A DNA stretch of 64,000 bases from assembly GCA_945892995.1 (NCBI GenBank), contig CAMDDR010000001.1, positions 5,481 through 69,480 of the forward strand, in the 5' to 3' direction. The notes beneath the pieces were generated by a model. It ran no database searches. It saw only the letters and a list, made by a program, of their open reading frames with translations, and was not told the DNA's origin. The position numbers and the translations under genes are program-made. Positions 9,816-21,016 of this stretch are shown in pieces; positions within the stretch are counted from its first letter, which is position 1, and each line of letters opens with the position of its first letter. This stretch comes from Chitinophaga pinensis (GTDB lineage Bacteria > Bacteroidota > Bacteroidia > Flavobacteriales_D > Crocinitomicaceae).

Positions 9816-10240
9816 GATCTATTAAAAAACATACTGTTTATATAGCATTAGGCTCCAATATTGGAGATAAATCAAAGAATCTTAGTAGCGCAATTGAAGA
9901 AATAAATACTTTGATCGGGGAAGTTACTGAAGTATCCTCTTTTTTTGAAAACGAACCACAAGGATTTAAATCTGATAATATTTTTGTTAATGCCTGTCTA
10001 ATTTGTAAAACCCATCTAAATCCGCTAGCTACTTTAAAAGAACTTAAAAATATAGAAAAAAAAATGGGTAGAAAAAAAACTAATGGAGTTTATGAAGACA
10101 GAATAATCGACCTAGATATTATATTCTTCGACAAACTGATTTATAAGAGTGAAAAATTAACAATACCACACAAAGAATATAAAAATAGAAGCTTTGTACT
10201 TATTCCTTTAAAAGAACTAAGTCCATTTTTAGATAAATAA
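9800..10240 (+). CDS. folK: 2-amino-4-hydroxy-6-hydroxymethyldihydropteridine diphosphokinase
   Basis: 146 aa; YIALGSNIGD start and IIDLDIIFF...LTIPH motifs typical of HPPK; 16-nt overlap with gldD. Confidence 0.85.
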   Translation: MEEKLRSIKKHTVYIALGSNIGDKSKNLSSAIEEINTLIGEVTEVSSFFENEPQGFKSDNIFVNACLICKTHLNPLATLKELKNIEKKMGRKKTNGVYEDRIIDLDIIFFDKLIYKSEKLTIPHKEYKNRSFVLIPLKELSPFLDK

Positions 10241-10308
10241 AATAAATTTGGTTTTTTCCGAATGTTAAAAAAAAAATAAAAGAATATAATTTAATAATAA
10301 TATCTTTT

Positions 10309-10316
10309 TAGATTTG
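10309..10316 (+). promoter_or_regulatory. -7 promoter box (TAGATTTG)
   Basis: Matches TAnnTTTG; 28 nt upstream of the ATG at 10345. Confidence 0.4.
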
Positions 10317-10344
10317 CATAATAATTTATCTAAATCAAAAAATA

Positions 10345-12051
10345 ATGAATCGTTTTTTAACTCTTTTAATTTTTGGAAGTCTTTTGATTTCATTGAACTC
10401 TTGTGATCTTGTTAAAGATTTTACATATACTGTGAATCCAGATCCACTTGAAATGCATGGAGATAGCTTACGATTTAATGTAATTGTAAATATTCCTGAA
10501 AAAGGTATACAAAAGAAAATAAGAGCAGAGATTTCTCCAAAAATTGGAAATACCTCAATTGGCACTTGGATTGTACAAGGTGAAAAAGTTACAGGAAATG
10601 GTAAAACTGTTCTTTTTAAACCTGGAGGTACAGTGAATTTTGAAATGGCAGTTCCTTACTCTAATGATATGGAGGCTGCAGACTTTAAAATTACAGGAAA
10701 AGTTTTTAAAGGTTTAAAAGAAAAATTGACCTTGCCTGAAAAGAAAATCGCAGATGCAACTATAGTAACACCTTTGTTGGTTAAAAAAGAATTTAAAATG
10801 ATTTATGAAGATGATGCTATAATTCGTTCAGTTGAAAAAACAAAATCGGCAACAATCAATTTTGATCGAGGTCAATCTGTTGTAAAGGCAAATGAATTAA
10901 AAGATGTAGATTTAAATGATTTATTAGTTTGGATAACAACATCTCAGCTTAATCCAAAAATTAAAATTAATTCAATTGATATAGTTGGATATGCTTCACC
11001 TGATGGAGTTGAAGATAAGAATTCAAATTTATCAAATGAAAGAACAAAATCAGCGAGAACTTCTCTGATTTCAATTATGAAAAAAGCTAAAATAGCAGGG
11101 TACACTGATACTGCTAATTATATAATACAAGGAAAAGGTGAAGATTTTGACGGATTTAAAGCACAATTGAGCCTTACCACATCTATCTCTGAAGCTGATA
11201 AAAACTTATTTATTAGAATTTTAGAAATGACAAAAGATCCAGTTCAACGCGAAACAGAAATGATAAATTTAGGAAAATCCTATACTGAATTAGAGAAAGA
11301 TGTTTTCCCAAAAATTAGACGAGCTAATATTATTGTGAATTATACTGAAAATGGCCTAACAGATGATGAAATCATGCAAGCTTCTATAAATAATCCTTCA
11401 GTTTTAGGTGTAGAAGAACTATTATATGCTGCTAAAAATCTAACACAAGAGTTAAATGAAAAAGCAAGAATTTATCAACTAGCTGCCTCAAATTTTGATT
11501 CTGATCATAGAACTCATAACAATTTAGGTGCTCTTAACTTTTCTCAAAATAAAATAGCAGATGCTAAAAAAAGTCTTGAAAAATCAAATTCTCTAAAAGA
11601 AAACATTGCTGCGAAGAATAATTTAGCTGGTGTTGTTTTAATTCAAGATAATAGAACACAAGCTATAAAACTAATGGCACAAACTAAATCAGTGGATGCA
11701 AAAAATAGTTCTATTGTAGCATATAACAATGCTATTTTAAATATTATGAGTGGAAATTATTCAAAAGCTGAAAACAACTTAAAAGATGACTCTTTTAATA
11801 AAGCTCTTACCCTTACTCTTCAAGGAAAATTACCTCAAGCAACTAAAGTTTTAAGTGCTATTGCCACTACCTCTGAATCTCTTTACTTAAAAGCGATTAT
11901 CTCTGCAAGAAATGGAGAAAGTGTAGATGCAGTTGTTACTAATTTAAAACAAGCTTTTGCAAAGGATTCAAATTTAAAGACCAAAGCGTCAAAAGATCGT
12001 GAGTTTTTAAAATTTATGAATGATGCAATTTTTACTGCTGCAGTAAATTAG
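10345..12051 (+). CDS. OmpA-like domain lipoprotein with C-terminal TPR-like repeats
   Basis: 568 aa; lipoprotein signal (LISLNSC); GYASPDGVEDKNSNLSNERTKSA resembles the OmpA_C peptidoglycan-binding motif; helical repeat C-terminus. Confidence 0.7.
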   Translation: MNRFLTLLIFGSLLISLNSCDLVKDFTYTVNPDPLEMHGDSLRFNVIVNIPEKGIQKKIRAEISPKIGNTSIGTWIVQGEKVTGNGKTVLFKPGGTVNFEMAVPYSNDMEAADFKITGKVFKGLKEKLTLPEKKIADATIVTPLLVKKEFKMIYEDDAIIRSVEKTKSATINFDRGQSVVKANELKDVDLNDLLVWITTSQLNPKIKINSIDIVGYASPDGVEDKNSNLSNERTKSARTSLISIMKKAKIAGYTDTANYIIQGKGEDFDGFKAQLSLTTSISEADKNLFIRILEMTKDPVQRETEMINLGKSYTELEKDVFPKIRRANIIVNYTENGLTDDEIMQASINNPSVLGVEELLYAAKNLTQELNEKARIYQLAASNFDSDHRTHNNLGALNFSQNKIADAKKSLEKSNSLKENIAAKNNLAGVVLIQDNRTQAIKLMAQTKSVDAKNSSIVAYNNAILNIMSGNYSKAENNLKDDSFNKALTLTLQGKLPQATKVLSAIATTSESLYLKAIISARNGESVDAVVTNLKQAFAKDSNLKTKASKDREFLKFMNDAIFTAAVN

Positions 12052-12071
12052 AATTCAAAAAAAGAACTATC

Positions 12072-12101
12072 AAAATCCCAGTTATCTGGGATTTTTTTTT
12101 C
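12072..12101 (+). terminator. rho-independent terminator
   Basis: 10-bp stem aaaatcccag / ctgggatttt, loop ttat, followed by a T-run to 12100. Confidence 0.75.
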
Positions 12102-12178
12102 TAAAAACTTTATATTATCAAAAAGGAAAATATTTAACTGACTTTGGTTAATTTTATACCAAATTTAAAAAATACAAA

Positions 12179-12847
12179 ATGATTGACGGAAACGAATTTA
12201 GAAAGTATGCTACAAAGCATCTTGGAATCAACAGTATGGTTGTAGATCACTATATAGAGTCTTCACTAACACCTTATATTATTGAAGAACGTCCTATGAA
12301 TATGACTCAAATGGATGTGTTTTCAAGATTAATGATGGATAGAATAATATTTTTAGGAACTGGTATTAACGACCAAGTTGCAAATATCATCAATGCTCAA
12401 TTGTTGTTTCTAGAATCTGTAGATGCTAAAAAAGATATTCAAATCTACCTAAATTCACCAGGAGGTTCTGTTTATGCTGGACTTGGGATTTATGACACAA
12501 TGCAATATATTCGTCCTGATGTTGCGACAATTTGTACAGGAATGGCGGCTTCTATGGGAGCAGTTCTTTTATGCGCTGGTGCTGAAGGTAAAAGAAGTGC
12601 TTTAAAACACTCACGCGTTATGATTCATCAACCATTAGGTGGCGCGCAAGGACAGGCGTCTGATATTGAAATTACTGCACGTGAAATCCAAAAACTTAAG
12701 AAAGAACTATACGATATTATTGCACTACATTCCAAACAAACATACGACAAGGTTTGGGCAGACTCAGACCGTGATTATTGGTTAACATCTCAAGAAGCTA
12801 AAGAATATGGAATGGTAGATGAAGTTCTTTTACGCAATCCAAAATAA
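12179..12847 (+). CDS. clpP: ATP-dependent Clp protease proteolytic subunit
   Basis: 222 aa; [15 protein letters not shown], catalytic GMAASMGA and MIHQPLGG motifs. Confidence 0.97.
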   Translation: MIDGNEFRKYATKHLGINSMVVDHYIESSLTPYIIEERPMNMTQMDVFSRLMMDRIIFLGTGINDQVANIINAQLLFLESVDAKKDIQIYLNSPGGSVYAGLGIYDTMQYIRPDVATICTGMAASMGAVLLCAGAEGKRSALKHSRVMIHQPLGGAQGQASDIEITAREIQKLKKELYDIIALHSKQTYDKVWADSDRDYWLTSQEAKEYGMVDEVLLRNPK

Positions 12848-12852
12848 TATTC

Positions 12853-14091
12853 ATGGCAAAGAAAGAAACGACTTGTTCTTTTTGTGGGGCAAATCGTGCA
12901 AATGTCCAAATGTTAATAGCTGGTATATCCGGTCATATTTGTGACAGCTGTGCTGTTCAAGCAAATAGAATTGTTAGTGAAGAAGTTGGTGAATTAGCTG
13001 TTACTAAAGATAATTTAAAAAATACTTCTGAAATAAATATTCATAAGCCTGCGGAAATAAAACAGCTTTTAGATGAATATGTTATTGGGCAAGATGAAGC
13101 GAAAAAAGTGCTATCCGTTGCTGTTTACAATCATTTTAAGCGCTTAAATTATAGGTCTAAAAAAGAAGACATTGAAGTTGATAAATCCAATGTTATTTTG
13201 GTAGGGCGAACTGGAACTGGGAAAACTTTACTCGCTAAAACAATTGCAAAAATGCTAAATGTTCCCTTCTGTATTGCAGATGCAACAGTTTTAACTCAAG
13301 CAGGATATGTTGGGGAAGATGTAGAAAGTATTCTTTCTCGCTTATTGCAAGCAGCTGACTACAATGTTGAATCTACTCAAAAAGGAATTGTTTTTATTGA
13401 TGAAATTGATAAAGTAGCAAGGAAAAATGATAATCCTTCTATTACGCGAGATGTCTCTGGAGAAGGAGTTCAACAAGCTTTACTGAAATTATTGGAAGGT
13501 TGCATTGTAAGTGTTCCGCCTCAAGGAGGAAGAAAACACCCTGAACAAAAATTGGTGCAAATTGACACAAAAAATATTTTATTTATTTGTGGTGGTGCAT
13601 TTGATGGCATTGAGCAAATTATTGCAAGTCGTGTTAACAGACAAACAATCGGATTTAGTTCAAGCTCAGAAGAAAATATAGAAAATGAATCACTTCTTAA
13701 ATATATTACGCCAACAGATATTAAAACATATGGTTTAATCCCTGAATTAATCGGTAGATTTCCTGTTTTATCTTATCTTGAACCACTAAATGAAAATGAT
13801 TTAAAACGCATTCTCACAGAGCCTAAAAACGCGCTAATTAAACAATATATTAGCTTGTTTGATATTGATGGCGTTAAACTTAGCTTTGAAAATGAAACAC
13901 TTGATTTCATCGTCAAAAAAGCCTTAGAATTTAAATTGGGTGCCAGAGGATTACGCTCAATTTGCGAGGCTATTTTAACTGATGCAATGTTTGAAATTCC
14001 TTCTCTGAATTTAAAAACATTTAATGTCTCACTTGATTATGCAAAGTCTCAATTCAGTAAATCAAAAATAGCTAGTCTTAAAGTTGCATAA
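12853..14091 (+). CDS. clpX: ATP-dependent Clp protease ATP-binding subunit ClpX
   Basis: 412 aa; N-terminal zinc finger CSFCG...CDSC, Walker [18 protein letters not shown] Walker B. Confidence 0.97.
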   Translation: MAKKETTCSFCGANRANVQMLIAGISGHICDSCAVQANRIVSEEVGELAVTKDNLKNTSEINIHKPAEIKQLLDEYVIGQDEAKKVLSVAVYNHFKRLNYRSKKEDIEVDKSNVILVGRTGTGKTLLAKTIAKMLNVPFCIADATVLTQAGYVGEDVESILSRLLQAADYNVESTQKGIVFIDEIDKVARKNDNPSITRDVSGEGVQQALLKLLEGCIVSVPPQGGRKHPEQKLVQIDTKNILFICGGAFDGIEQIIASRVNRQTIGFSSSSEENIENESLLKYITPTDIKTYGLIPELIGRFPVLSYLEPLNENDLKRILTEPKNALIKQYISLFDIDGVKLSFENETLDFIVKKALEFKLGARGLRSICEAILTDAMFEIPSLNLKTFNVSLDYAKSQFSKSKIASLKVA

Positions 14092-14118
14092 ATCTCTTAG
14101 CTATTTAATTCTTATTAA

Positions 14119-14126
14119 TACCTTTG
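14119..14126 (+). promoter_or_regulatory. -7 promoter box (TACCTTTG, extended TTTGCACC)
   Basis: Matches TAnnTTTG; 19 nt upstream of the pdhB ATG. Confidence 0.45.
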
Positions 14127-14145
14127 CACCGACATTTAAAAAATT

Positions 14146-15117
14146 ATGAAAACGATACAATTTAGAGAAGCTTTAAGAGAAGCAATGTCTGAAGAAATGA
14201 GAAGGGATAAAAACGTCTTTCTTTTAGGTGAAGAAGTTGCTGAATATAATGGTGCATATAAGGTTTCACAGGGAATGCTTGATGAATTTGGACCAAAAAG
14301 AGTGATTGATACGCCTATTGCAGAACTTGGTTTTACAGGAATTGCAGTTGGAGCATCTATGAATGGTTTAAAGCCAATTGTTGAGTTTATGACTTGGAAT
14401 TTTGCAATTCTTGCAGCTGATCAAATTATAAATTCTGCTGCGAAAATGATGCAAATGTCAGGAGGTCAATACCACTGCCCAATCGTTTTTAGAGGTGGAA
14501 ATGGAACTGCCGGACAGCTTGGTGCAACTCATTCTCAGAGTTTTGAAGCTTTTTACGCACACGTTCCCGGACTTAAAGTAATTACACCATCAAATCCAGC
14601 AGATGCTAAAGGTTTACTAAAAGCAGCAATCCGAGACGAGGACCCGGTTGTATTTTTAGAATCAGAAAAAATGTATGGGGATAAAGGAGAAGTTCCCGAA
14701 GGAGAATATATTATTCCAATAGGAGTTGCTGATATTAAAAGAAAAGGTACAGATGTAACTTTAGTTTCATTTGGGAAAATAATGAAAGTTGCCCTTGAAG
14801 CAGCTGAAATACTTGCTAAAGAAAATATTGATGTTGAAGTAATCGATTTAAGAACAATTCGACCCTTAGACTACGGAACTGTTGTTGAATCAATCAAAAA
14901 AACAAACCGCTGTGTGGTATTGGAAGAATCTTGGCCCTTGGCATCTATTTCATCCGAAATTGCTTATCATGTTCAACGGTATGCTTTTGATTATTTAGAT
15001 GCACCAGTAATGCGTGTAACTCAAACTGACACGCCTTTTGCGTTTTCTCCAAGCTTAATTGATGAAGCACTTCCAAACGTAAAACGTCTTATTGAGGCCA
15101 TCAAGAAAACACTCTAA
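14146..15117 (+). CDS. pdhB: pyruvate / 2-oxoacid dehydrogenase E1 component beta subunit
   Basis: 323 aa; transketolase-like pyrimidine-binding and C-terminal domains (DTPIAELGFTGIAVGA...); no E1-alpha or E2 gene adjacent. Confidence 0.88.
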   Translation: MKTIQFREALREAMSEEMRRDKNVFLLGEEVAEYNGAYKVSQGMLDEFGPKRVIDTPIAELGFTGIAVGASMNGLKPIVEFMTWNFAILAADQIINSAAKMMQMSGGQYHCPIVFRGGNGTAGQLGATHSQSFEAFYAHVPGLKVITPSNPADAKGLLKAAIRDEDPVVFLESEKMYGDKGEVPEGEYIIPIGVADIKRKGTDVTLVSFGKIMKVALEAAEILAKENIDVEVIDLRTIRPLDYGTVVESIKKTNRCVVLEESWPLASISSEIAYHVQRYAFDYLDAPVMRVTQTDTPFAFSPSLIDEALPNVKRLIEAIKKTL

Positions 15118-15141
15118 AATATTTGAATTATTTTGTCCTAC

Positions 15142-15169
15142 AAGCTCCTTTTGGAGCTTTTTTTATTTT
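15142..15169 (+). terminator. rho-independent terminator after pdhB
   Basis: 7-bp stem aagctcc / ggagctt, loop tttt, followed by TTTTTATTTT. Confidence 0.7.
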
Positions 15170-15238
15170 GGAAACTATCTGAAAAACAATTACTAAGACT
15201 TTTTTCAACAAAAAACTCGTTTTTTTTTCAATTCATAG

Positions 15239-15268
15239 TTGCGTAGTAAATTAAAAAAGGTATCTTTG
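15239..15268 (+). promoter_or_regulatory. promoter of the ribosomal superoperon (-33 TTG plus -7 TATCTTTG)
   Basis: TTG at 15239-15241 and TATCTTTG at 15261-15268 separated by 19 nt, matching Bacteroidota sigma-A architecture; 54 nt upstream of rpsL. Confidence 0.55.
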
Positions 15269-15322
15269 CACCCCTCAAAGTACGTTTGAGGATTAATTAT
15301 TTATTTAAATTAAGAGTATTTT

Positions 15323-15700
15323 ATGCCAACTATTCAACAATTAGTTCGCAAAGGAAGAACTGCGGTAGTGAAGAAAAGTAAATCTGCTGCGCTTGATTCA
15401 TGTCCACAACGTAAAGGTGTTTGTGTTCGTGTATACACGACTACACCAAAAAAGCCAAACTCGGCTATGCGTAAAGTGGCGCGTGTTCGTTTAACGAACG
15501 GGAAAGAAGTCAACGCATACATTGGTGGTGAAGGCCACAATCTTCAAGAACACTCCCTAGTACTTGTTCGCGGAGGAAGAGTAAAAGATCTTCCAGGAGT
15601 ACGTTATCACATTGTTCGCGGTGCTGAAGATACAGCAGGTGTACAAGGAAGAAGTCAAAGAAGATCAAAGTATGGAACGAAACGTCCTAAGCAGAAATAA
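15323..15700 (+). CDS. rpsL: 30S ribosomal protein S12
   Basis: [12 protein letters not shown]...[20 protein letters not shown] signature. Confidence 0.98.
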   Translation: MPTIQQLVRKGRTAVVKKSKSAALDSCPQRKGVCVRVYTTTPKKPNSAMRKVARVRLTNGKEVNAYIGGEGHNLQEHSLVLVRGGRVKDLPGVRYHIVRGAEDTAGVQGRSQRRSKYGTKRPKQK

Positions 15701-15717
15701 TTAATAAGCATTAGAAA

Positions 15718-16188
15718 ATGAGAAGAAGAAAAGCCAAGAAAATTGCGATTCTGCCAGATCCGAAGTTTAACGATGTGGTAGTAACAAAATTTGTAAATAA
15801 CTTAATGCTATCAGGTAAAAAAAGTATAGCATTTAGAATATTCTATGATGCAATAGAATTAATCAACAAAAAAATTGAAGATCAAGAAGGTATTGAGGTT
15901 TGGAAAAAAGCACTGGAAAATATTACGCCAATTGTCGAAGTAAAAAGTCGTCGTGTTGGTGGTGCAACATTTCAAATCCCTACACCTGTTCGTGATGAGA
16001 GAAAAGCTTCATTAGCTATGAAATGGTTAATTGGTTATTCACGAAAAAGAAACGAAAAAACAATGTCACAACGTTTAGCTTCTGAAATCATTGCTGCTTC
16101 AAAAGAAGAGGGAGCTGCATACAAAAAGAAAGAAGATACAACACGTATGGCTGAAGCAAATAAAGCGTTTTCACATTTTAGATTTTAA
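15718..16188 (+). CDS. rpsG: 30S ribosomal protein S7
   Basis: 156 aa, ILPDPKFND...MLSGKKS S7 signature, operon position. Confidence 0.98.
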   Translation: MRRRKAKKIAILPDPKFNDVVVTKFVNNLMLSGKKSIAFRIFYDAIELINKKIEDQEGIEVWKKALENITPIVEVKSRRVGGATFQIPTPVRDERKASLAMKWLIGYSRKRNEKTMSQRLASEIIAASKEEGAAYKKKEDTTRMAEANKAFSHFRF

Positions 16189-16191
16189 GTA

Positions 16192-18297
16192 ATGGCAAGA
16201 GACCTTAAGTATACACGTAACATTGGAATTGCTGCTCATATCGATGCAGGGAAAACGACTACTACAGAACGAATTTTATTCTACGGTGGTGTTAGTCACA
16301 AGATTGGAGAAGTTCATGACGGTGCTGCTACTATGGATTGGATGGAGCAAGAGCAAGAAAGAGGAATTACAATTACTTCTGCTGCTACAACTTTAAATTG
16401 GAAATACAGAAATGAGCTTTATCATGTCAATATTATTGACACTCCCGGACACGTTGACTTTACAGTTGAGGTAAACCGTTCTCTTCGTGTTCTTGATGGA
16501 CTGGTATTTCTATTTTCTGCTGTTGATGGTGTAGAACCTCAATCTGAAACAAATTGGAGACTAGCTAATAACTATAATGTTCCTCGTATTGGTTTTGTTA
16601 ACAAAATGGATCGTCAAGGCGCAGACTTTTTAAAAGTTTGTAAGCAAGTTAAGACAATGCTTGGAAGTCATGCACTTCCATTACAAATAAACATTGGTTC
16701 AGAAGATAATTTTCAAGGGGTTGTAGATCTTATTAACTTCAAAGGAATTACTTGGAATGAAGAAGATTTAGGAATGACATTTCAGGAAATTGAAATCCCT
16801 GCAGATGTTATTGAAGAAGCAAGACAATTAAGAAGTGAATTATTAGAAGCTGTTGCTGAATTTGATGAGTCTTTAATGGAGAAATTCTTTGAAGATGAAA
16901 ATTCTTTAACAGAACGAGAAATTTTAAATGCTTTGAGAGCTGCAACAATATCTGGAAAAGTTGTTCCAATGATGTGTGGTTCTGCATTTAAGAACAAAGG
17001 AGTTCAGGCAATGCTAGACATGGTAATGGAAATTCTTCCGTCTCCTATGGATATTGAAGGAATTGTTGGTATTAACCCAAAAAATGACCAAGAAGTAATA
17101 AGAAAACCATCATTTGATGAGCCTTTTGCTGGATTAGCATTCAAAATTGCAACCGATCCTTTTGTTGGTCGACTTTGCTTTGTTCGTGCATATTCAGGAA
17201 AGTTAGCTGCAGGTTCTTATGTGTTAAATACTAGATCTGGAGATAAAGAACGGATATCACGTATTTTTCAAATGCATGCTAACAAACAAAACCAAATCAA
17301 CGAACTTGGTGCTGGAGATATTGGTGCAGTAGTTGGATTTAAAGACATTAAAACTGGAGATACTTTGTGTGCAGAAAACGCACCTATTATTCTTGAATCA
17401 ATGGTATTCCCTGAGCCAGTTATTGGATTAGCGATAGAGCCAAAAACTCAAGCAGATACGGATAGATTATCTATTGGATTATCTAAGCTTTCTGAAGAAG
17501 ATCCTACATTCCGAGTAAATACAGATGAAGAGACAGGTCAAACTATCATTTCTGGAATGGGTGAACTTCATCTTGAAATTATTATAGACCGATTAAAAAG
17601 AGAATTTAGAGTCGAAGTTAATCAAGGTGATCCTCAAGTTGCTTATAGAGAAAATATATCTGGAAATACAGATCATCGTGAAGTATTTAAAAAACAAACT
17701 GGTGGTCGAGGTAAATTTGCTGATATCTTGGTTAAAATTTCTCCTCAAGATAATCCTGAAAAAATTGGATTGGAATTCATTAACAGCATAAAAGGAGGTA
17801 ATATTCCTCGCGAATTTATTCCTTCTGTTGAAAAAGGATTTAAAGATTCCATGAAAAATGGTGTTCTAGCTGGATTCCCAGTTGAAGCAATGAAAGTTGA
17901 ATTAATTGATGGTTCATTCCACGCAGTCGATTCAGATTCATTGTCTTTTGAATTATGTGCTAAAATGGCTTATAGAAATTCTATGAAGTTATGTAGCCCA
18001 GTTCTTTTGGAGCCTATTATGAAACTTGAAGTTGTTACACCAGAAGAAAATATGGGTGATGTTGTTGGTGACTTAAACAGAAGACGCGGAATGATGCGTG
18101 GTATGGATGATAGAGCTGGCGCAAAAGTTTTAAAAGCAGACGTTCCTTTATCAGAAATGTTTGGTTATGTAACTCAATTACGAACAGTTACTTCAGGTAG
18201 AGCAAGCTATTCAATGGAATTTTCTCACTATGCAGATGCTCCTAAAAATATTGCTGAAGATGTAATTTCAAAAGCAAACGGTAAAGTTTCAGCATAA
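16192..18297 (+). CDS. fusA: elongation factor G
   Basis: 701 aa; G motifs [22 protein letters not shown]. Confidence 0.98.
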   Translation: MARDLKYTRNIGIAAHIDAGKTTTTERILFYGGVSHKIGEVHDGAATMDWMEQEQERGITITSAATTLNWKYRNELYHVNIIDTPGHVDFTVEVNRSLRVLDGLVFLFSAVDGVEPQSETNWRLANNYNVPRIGFVNKMDRQGADFLKVCKQVKTMLGSHALPLQINIGSEDNFQGVVDLINFKGITWNEEDLGMTFQEIEIPADVIEEARQLRSELLEAVAEFDESLMEKFFEDENSLTEREILNALRAATISGKVVPMMCGSAFKNKGVQAMLDMVMEILPSPMDIEGIVGINPKNDQEVIRKPSFDEPFAGLAFKIATDPFVGRLCFVRAYSGKLAAGSYVLNTRSGDKERISRIFQMHANKQNQINELGAGDIGAVVGFKDIKTGDTLCAENAPIILESMVFPEPVIGLAIEPKTQADTDRLSIGLSKLSEEDPTFRVNTDEETGQTIISGMGELHLEIIIDRLKREFRVEVNQGDPQVAYRENISGNTDHREVFKKQTGGRGKFADILVKISPQDNPEKIGLEFINSIKGGNIPREFIPSVEKGFKDSMKNGVLAGFPVEAMKVELIDGSFHAVDSDSLSFELCAKMAYRNSMKLCSPVLLEPIMKLEVVTPEENMGDVVGDLNRRRGMMRGMDDRAGAKVLKADVPLSEMFGYVTQLRTVTSGRASYSMEFSHYADAPKNIAEDVISKANGKVSA

Positions 18298-18311
18298 TAA
18301 ACTAAAAGAAG

Positions 18312-18617
18312 ATGAGTCAAAAAATTAGAATAAAATTAAAATCATACGATCACAACCTTTTGGATAAATCGGCTGAGAAAATCGTTAAAACAGTAAAGTC
18401 TACTGGTGCAATTGTAAGTGGTCCAATTCCTCTTCCAACGCACAAAAGAATTTATACTGTATTGCGTTCTCCGCACGTAATGAAAAAAGCGCGAGAGCAA
18501 TTTGAATTGTGTGCCTACAAAAGATTGCTAGACATTTATAGCAGCTCTTCTAAAACAGTAGATGCATTGATGAAGTTAGAGCTTCCAAGTGGAGTAGATG
18601 TTGAAATTAAAGTGTAA
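18312..18617 (+). CDS. rpsJ: 30S ribosomal protein S10
   Basis: 101 aa, [16 protein letters not shown] signature. Confidence 0.98.
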   Translation: MSQKIRIKLKSYDHNLLDKSAEKIVKTVKSTGAIVSGPIPLPTHKRIYTVLRSPHVMKKAREQFELCAYKRLLDIYSSSSKTVDALMKLELPSGVDVEIKV

Positions 18618-18636
18618 ATAAATTAATAACAAGAAT

Positions 18637-19251
18637 ATGCCAGGAATTATTGGTCGAAAAGTCGGAATGACTAGCATCTACAGTGCCGAGGGTAAATCAT
18701 TACCATGCACAGTGATAGAAGCAGGTCCTTGTGTTGTAACTCAGGTTAAGACACAAGACAGAGATGGTTACGAGGCCGTTCAATTGGGATTTGGAGAAAA
18801 GAAAGAAAAAAATACTCCAAATGCAATGAAAGGTCACTTTAAAAATGCCAGTACAACACCCAAAGCAAAATTGGTGGAGTTCAAAGGTTTTGATAACGTA
18901 ACGATTGGTGATAAAATTGATGTCGCTATCTTCGCTGAAGGTGATTTCGTTGATGTTGTAGGTACTACAAAAGGAAAAGGTTTTCAAGGTGTTGTGAGAC
19001 GACACGGATTTGCTGGAGTTGGTCAAGCGACACACGGACAGCACAATCGTCTTCGTGCTCCAGGATCTATTGGTGCTTGTTCTTACCCTGCACGTGTATT
19101 CAAAGGAATGCGAATGGGTGGACAAATGGGTAACAAAAATAGAATGGCCTCAAACCTACAAATATTAAAAGTAATTGCTGAAAAGAATATCCTTATCGTG
19201 AAAGGTTCAGTTCCAGGAGCAAATGGTTCAACTTTAACAATTAGAAGGTAA
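18637..19251 (+). CDS. rplC: 50S ribosomal protein L3
   Basis: 204 aa, [12 protein letters not shown] start, operon order. Confidence 0.97.
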   Translation: MPGIIGRKVGMTSIYSAEGKSLPCTVIEAGPCVVTQVKTQDRDGYEAVQLGFGEKKEKNTPNAMKGHFKNASTTPKAKLVEFKGFDNVTIGDKIDVAIFAEGDFVDVVGTTKGKGFQGVVRRHGFAGVGQATHGQHNRLRAPGSIGACSYPARVFKGMRMGGQMGNKNRMASNLQILKVIAEKNILIVKGSVPGANGSTLTIRR

Positions 19252-19877
19252 TGAAAGCAAAAATATACGACGCAACAGGAACAGTTACAGCTAAGTCCGT
19301 AACACTTTCAGACGACATTTTTGGTATCGAACCAAATAACCATGCTATTTACTTAGATGTTAAACAACATTTAGCGAATAAACGTCAAGGAACACACAAA
19401 TCTAAAGAACGAGCAGAAATTGCTGGATCTACAAGAAAAATAAAAAAACAAAAAGGTACAGGTGGAGCTCGTGCTGGTAGTGTAAAATCAGGAACACGTG
19501 TTGGTGGTGGAAGAATTTTTGGACCACGTCCTAGAAATTACCACTTCAAATTAAACATTAAGCTTAAAAGATTAGCTCGTAAGTCTGCATTTGCCTTTAA
19601 AGCAAAAAATGACGCTATTCTTGTAATGCAAGACATCAATTTTGCAGAAGCTAAAACAAAAGATTTCAAGACATTAATTACTTCATTGAAATTAGACGAT
19701 CAAAAAGTACTTTTTATTCTTGCTGAAAATACAGATAATGTTTACTTGGCATCACGAAACCTTAAGAAAGTAAAAGTCGTAACAGCAGACTCATTTAATA
19801 CCTATGATTTGTTGAATGCCAAAAAAATTATTTTAGCTGAAGGTGCAGTTAAAAAAATAGAAATGATACTTAATTAA
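19251..19877 (+). CDS. rplD: 50S ribosomal protein L4
   Basis: 208 aa, KKQKGTGGARAGS motif, operon order. Confidence 0.97.
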   Translation: MKAKIYDATGTVTAKSVTLSDDIFGIEPNNHAIYLDVKQHLANKRQGTHKSKERAEIAGSTRKIKKQKGTGGARAGSVKSGTRVGGGRIFGPRPRNYHFKLNIKLKRLARKSAFAFKAKNDAILVMQDINFAEAKTKDFKTLITSLKLDDQKVLFILAENTDNVYLASRNLKKVKVVTADSFNTYDLLNAKKIILAEGAVKKIEMILN

Positions 19878-19882
19878 TCATC

Positions 19883-20179
19883 ATGCAGACAATTATAAGA
19901 AAACCTGTCATTACTGAGAAAGCTACCATGTGTAGTGAATCACTAAATCGCTTCACATTTGAAGTTGACAAAAAAGCAAATAAGTTAGAAATTAAGAAAG
20001 CCGTTGAGAAAATGTATGGCATCAACGTTGTTGATGTTCGCACAATGAATTATGGTGGTGGTGCTTCTTCTGCAAAATACACAAACAAAGGTGTTATTGA
20101 GCAAAAAAGTAAACAATGGAAAAAAGCGATAGTTTCTGTTGCAGATGGTCAAACTATAGATTTATTTAATAATTATTAA
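19883..20179 (+). CDS. rplW: 50S ribosomal protein L23
   Basis: 98 aa, operon order between L4 and L2. Confidence 0.96.
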   Translation: MQTIIRKPVITEKATMCSESLNRFTFEVDKKANKLEIKKAVEKMYGINVVDVRTMNYGGGASSAKYTNKGVIEQKSKQWKKAIVSVADGQTIDLFNNY

Positions 20180-20188
20180 AAAAAGGCA

Positions 20189-21013
20189 ATGAGTCTAAAG
20201 AAATTTAAACCAACAACTCCAGGGCAACGTCACAAAGTGGCATTGGAATTTAAGGGTATAACAGCATCGACTCCTGAAAAGAGTTTGGTGTCGAGCATGA
20301 AAAAATCCGGTGGTCGAAATAATGATGGTCGAATGACAATGAGATACATTGGTGGTGGCCACAAACAAAAATACCGTATCATCGATTTCAAACGCGATAA
20401 ATTTGATATTCCTGCTACTGTTAAAACAATTGAGTATGACCCAAATCGTACTGCTAATATTGCTTTATTATTTTATGCTGACGGAGAAAAAAGATACATC
20501 ATTGCTCCAAATGGAATGAAAGTTGGAGATCAAATCTTATCAGGAAAAACTGCAACGCCAAATATTGGTAACGCAATGTATTTATCTGATATTCCTCTTG
20601 GTACTGTAATCCATAACATAGAATTGAAGCCTGGTAAAGGTGGTTCAATTGCAAGAGGAGCTGGAACGTATGCACAACTTAATGCACGTGATGGCAAATA
20701 TGCAATTGTAAAGATGCCTTCAGGTGAAACTAGAATGATTTTAGTTACATGTATCGCAACTATTGGATCGGTTTCAAATTCAGAACACAATTTAGCTGTT
20801 TCTGGTAAAGCTGGTCGTTCAAGATGGTTAGGTCGCAGACCAAGAGTAAGAGGTGTAGTAATGAATCCAGTTGATCACCCAATGGGAGGTGGTGAAGGAA
20901 GAAATTCAGGAGGTCACCCAAGATCAAGAAATGGAATACCTGCAAAAGGATTTAAAACAAGATCTAAAAGCAAGTATTCAGATAAGTTAATTATTGAAAG
21001 AAGAAAAAAATAG
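20189..21013 (+). CDS. rplB: 50S ribosomal protein L2
   Basis: 274 aa, [15 protein letters not shown] and [13 protein letters not shown] motifs. Confidence 0.98.
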   Translation: MSLKKFKPTTPGQRHKVALEFKGITASTPEKSLVSSMKKSGGRNNDGRMTMRYIGGGHKQKYRIIDFKRDKFDIPATVKTIEYDPNRTANIALLFYADGEKRYIIAPNGMKVGDQILSGKTATPNIGNAMYLSDIPLGTVIHNIELKPGKGGSIARGAGTYAQLNARDGKYAIVKMPSGETRMILVTCIATIGSVSNSEHNLAVSGKAGRSRWLGRRPRVRGVVMNPVDHPMGGGEGRNSGGHPRSRNGIPAKGFKTRSKSKYSDKLIIERRKK

Positions 21014-21016
21014 GAT

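Noticed and set aside
12143-12163. Inverted repeat TTTGGT-N9-ACCAAA upstream of clpP, considered as a possible stress-regulator operator.
   Set aside because: The arms are only 6 bp in AT-rich DNA. The repeat overlaps a near-match to the -7 box (TGACTTTG), and no similar site lies upstream of groES. This is consistent with chance.
18700-19125. 141-aa minus-strand ORF opposite rplC. Similar antisense or shadow ORFs occur at 15334-15540, 16782-16997, 20530-20945, 22008-22217, 22451-22690, 23270-23587, 24284-24526, 24768-24989, 27146-27367, 27916-28197, 28480-28677, 29891-30127, 30452-30682, 31437-31661 and 31988-32179.
   Set aside because: All lie inside, and antisense or out of frame to, unambiguous ribosomal, secY or rpoA genes. 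They have low-complexity, Ser/Thr/Phe-rich compositions typical of shadow ORFs in AT-rich DNA.
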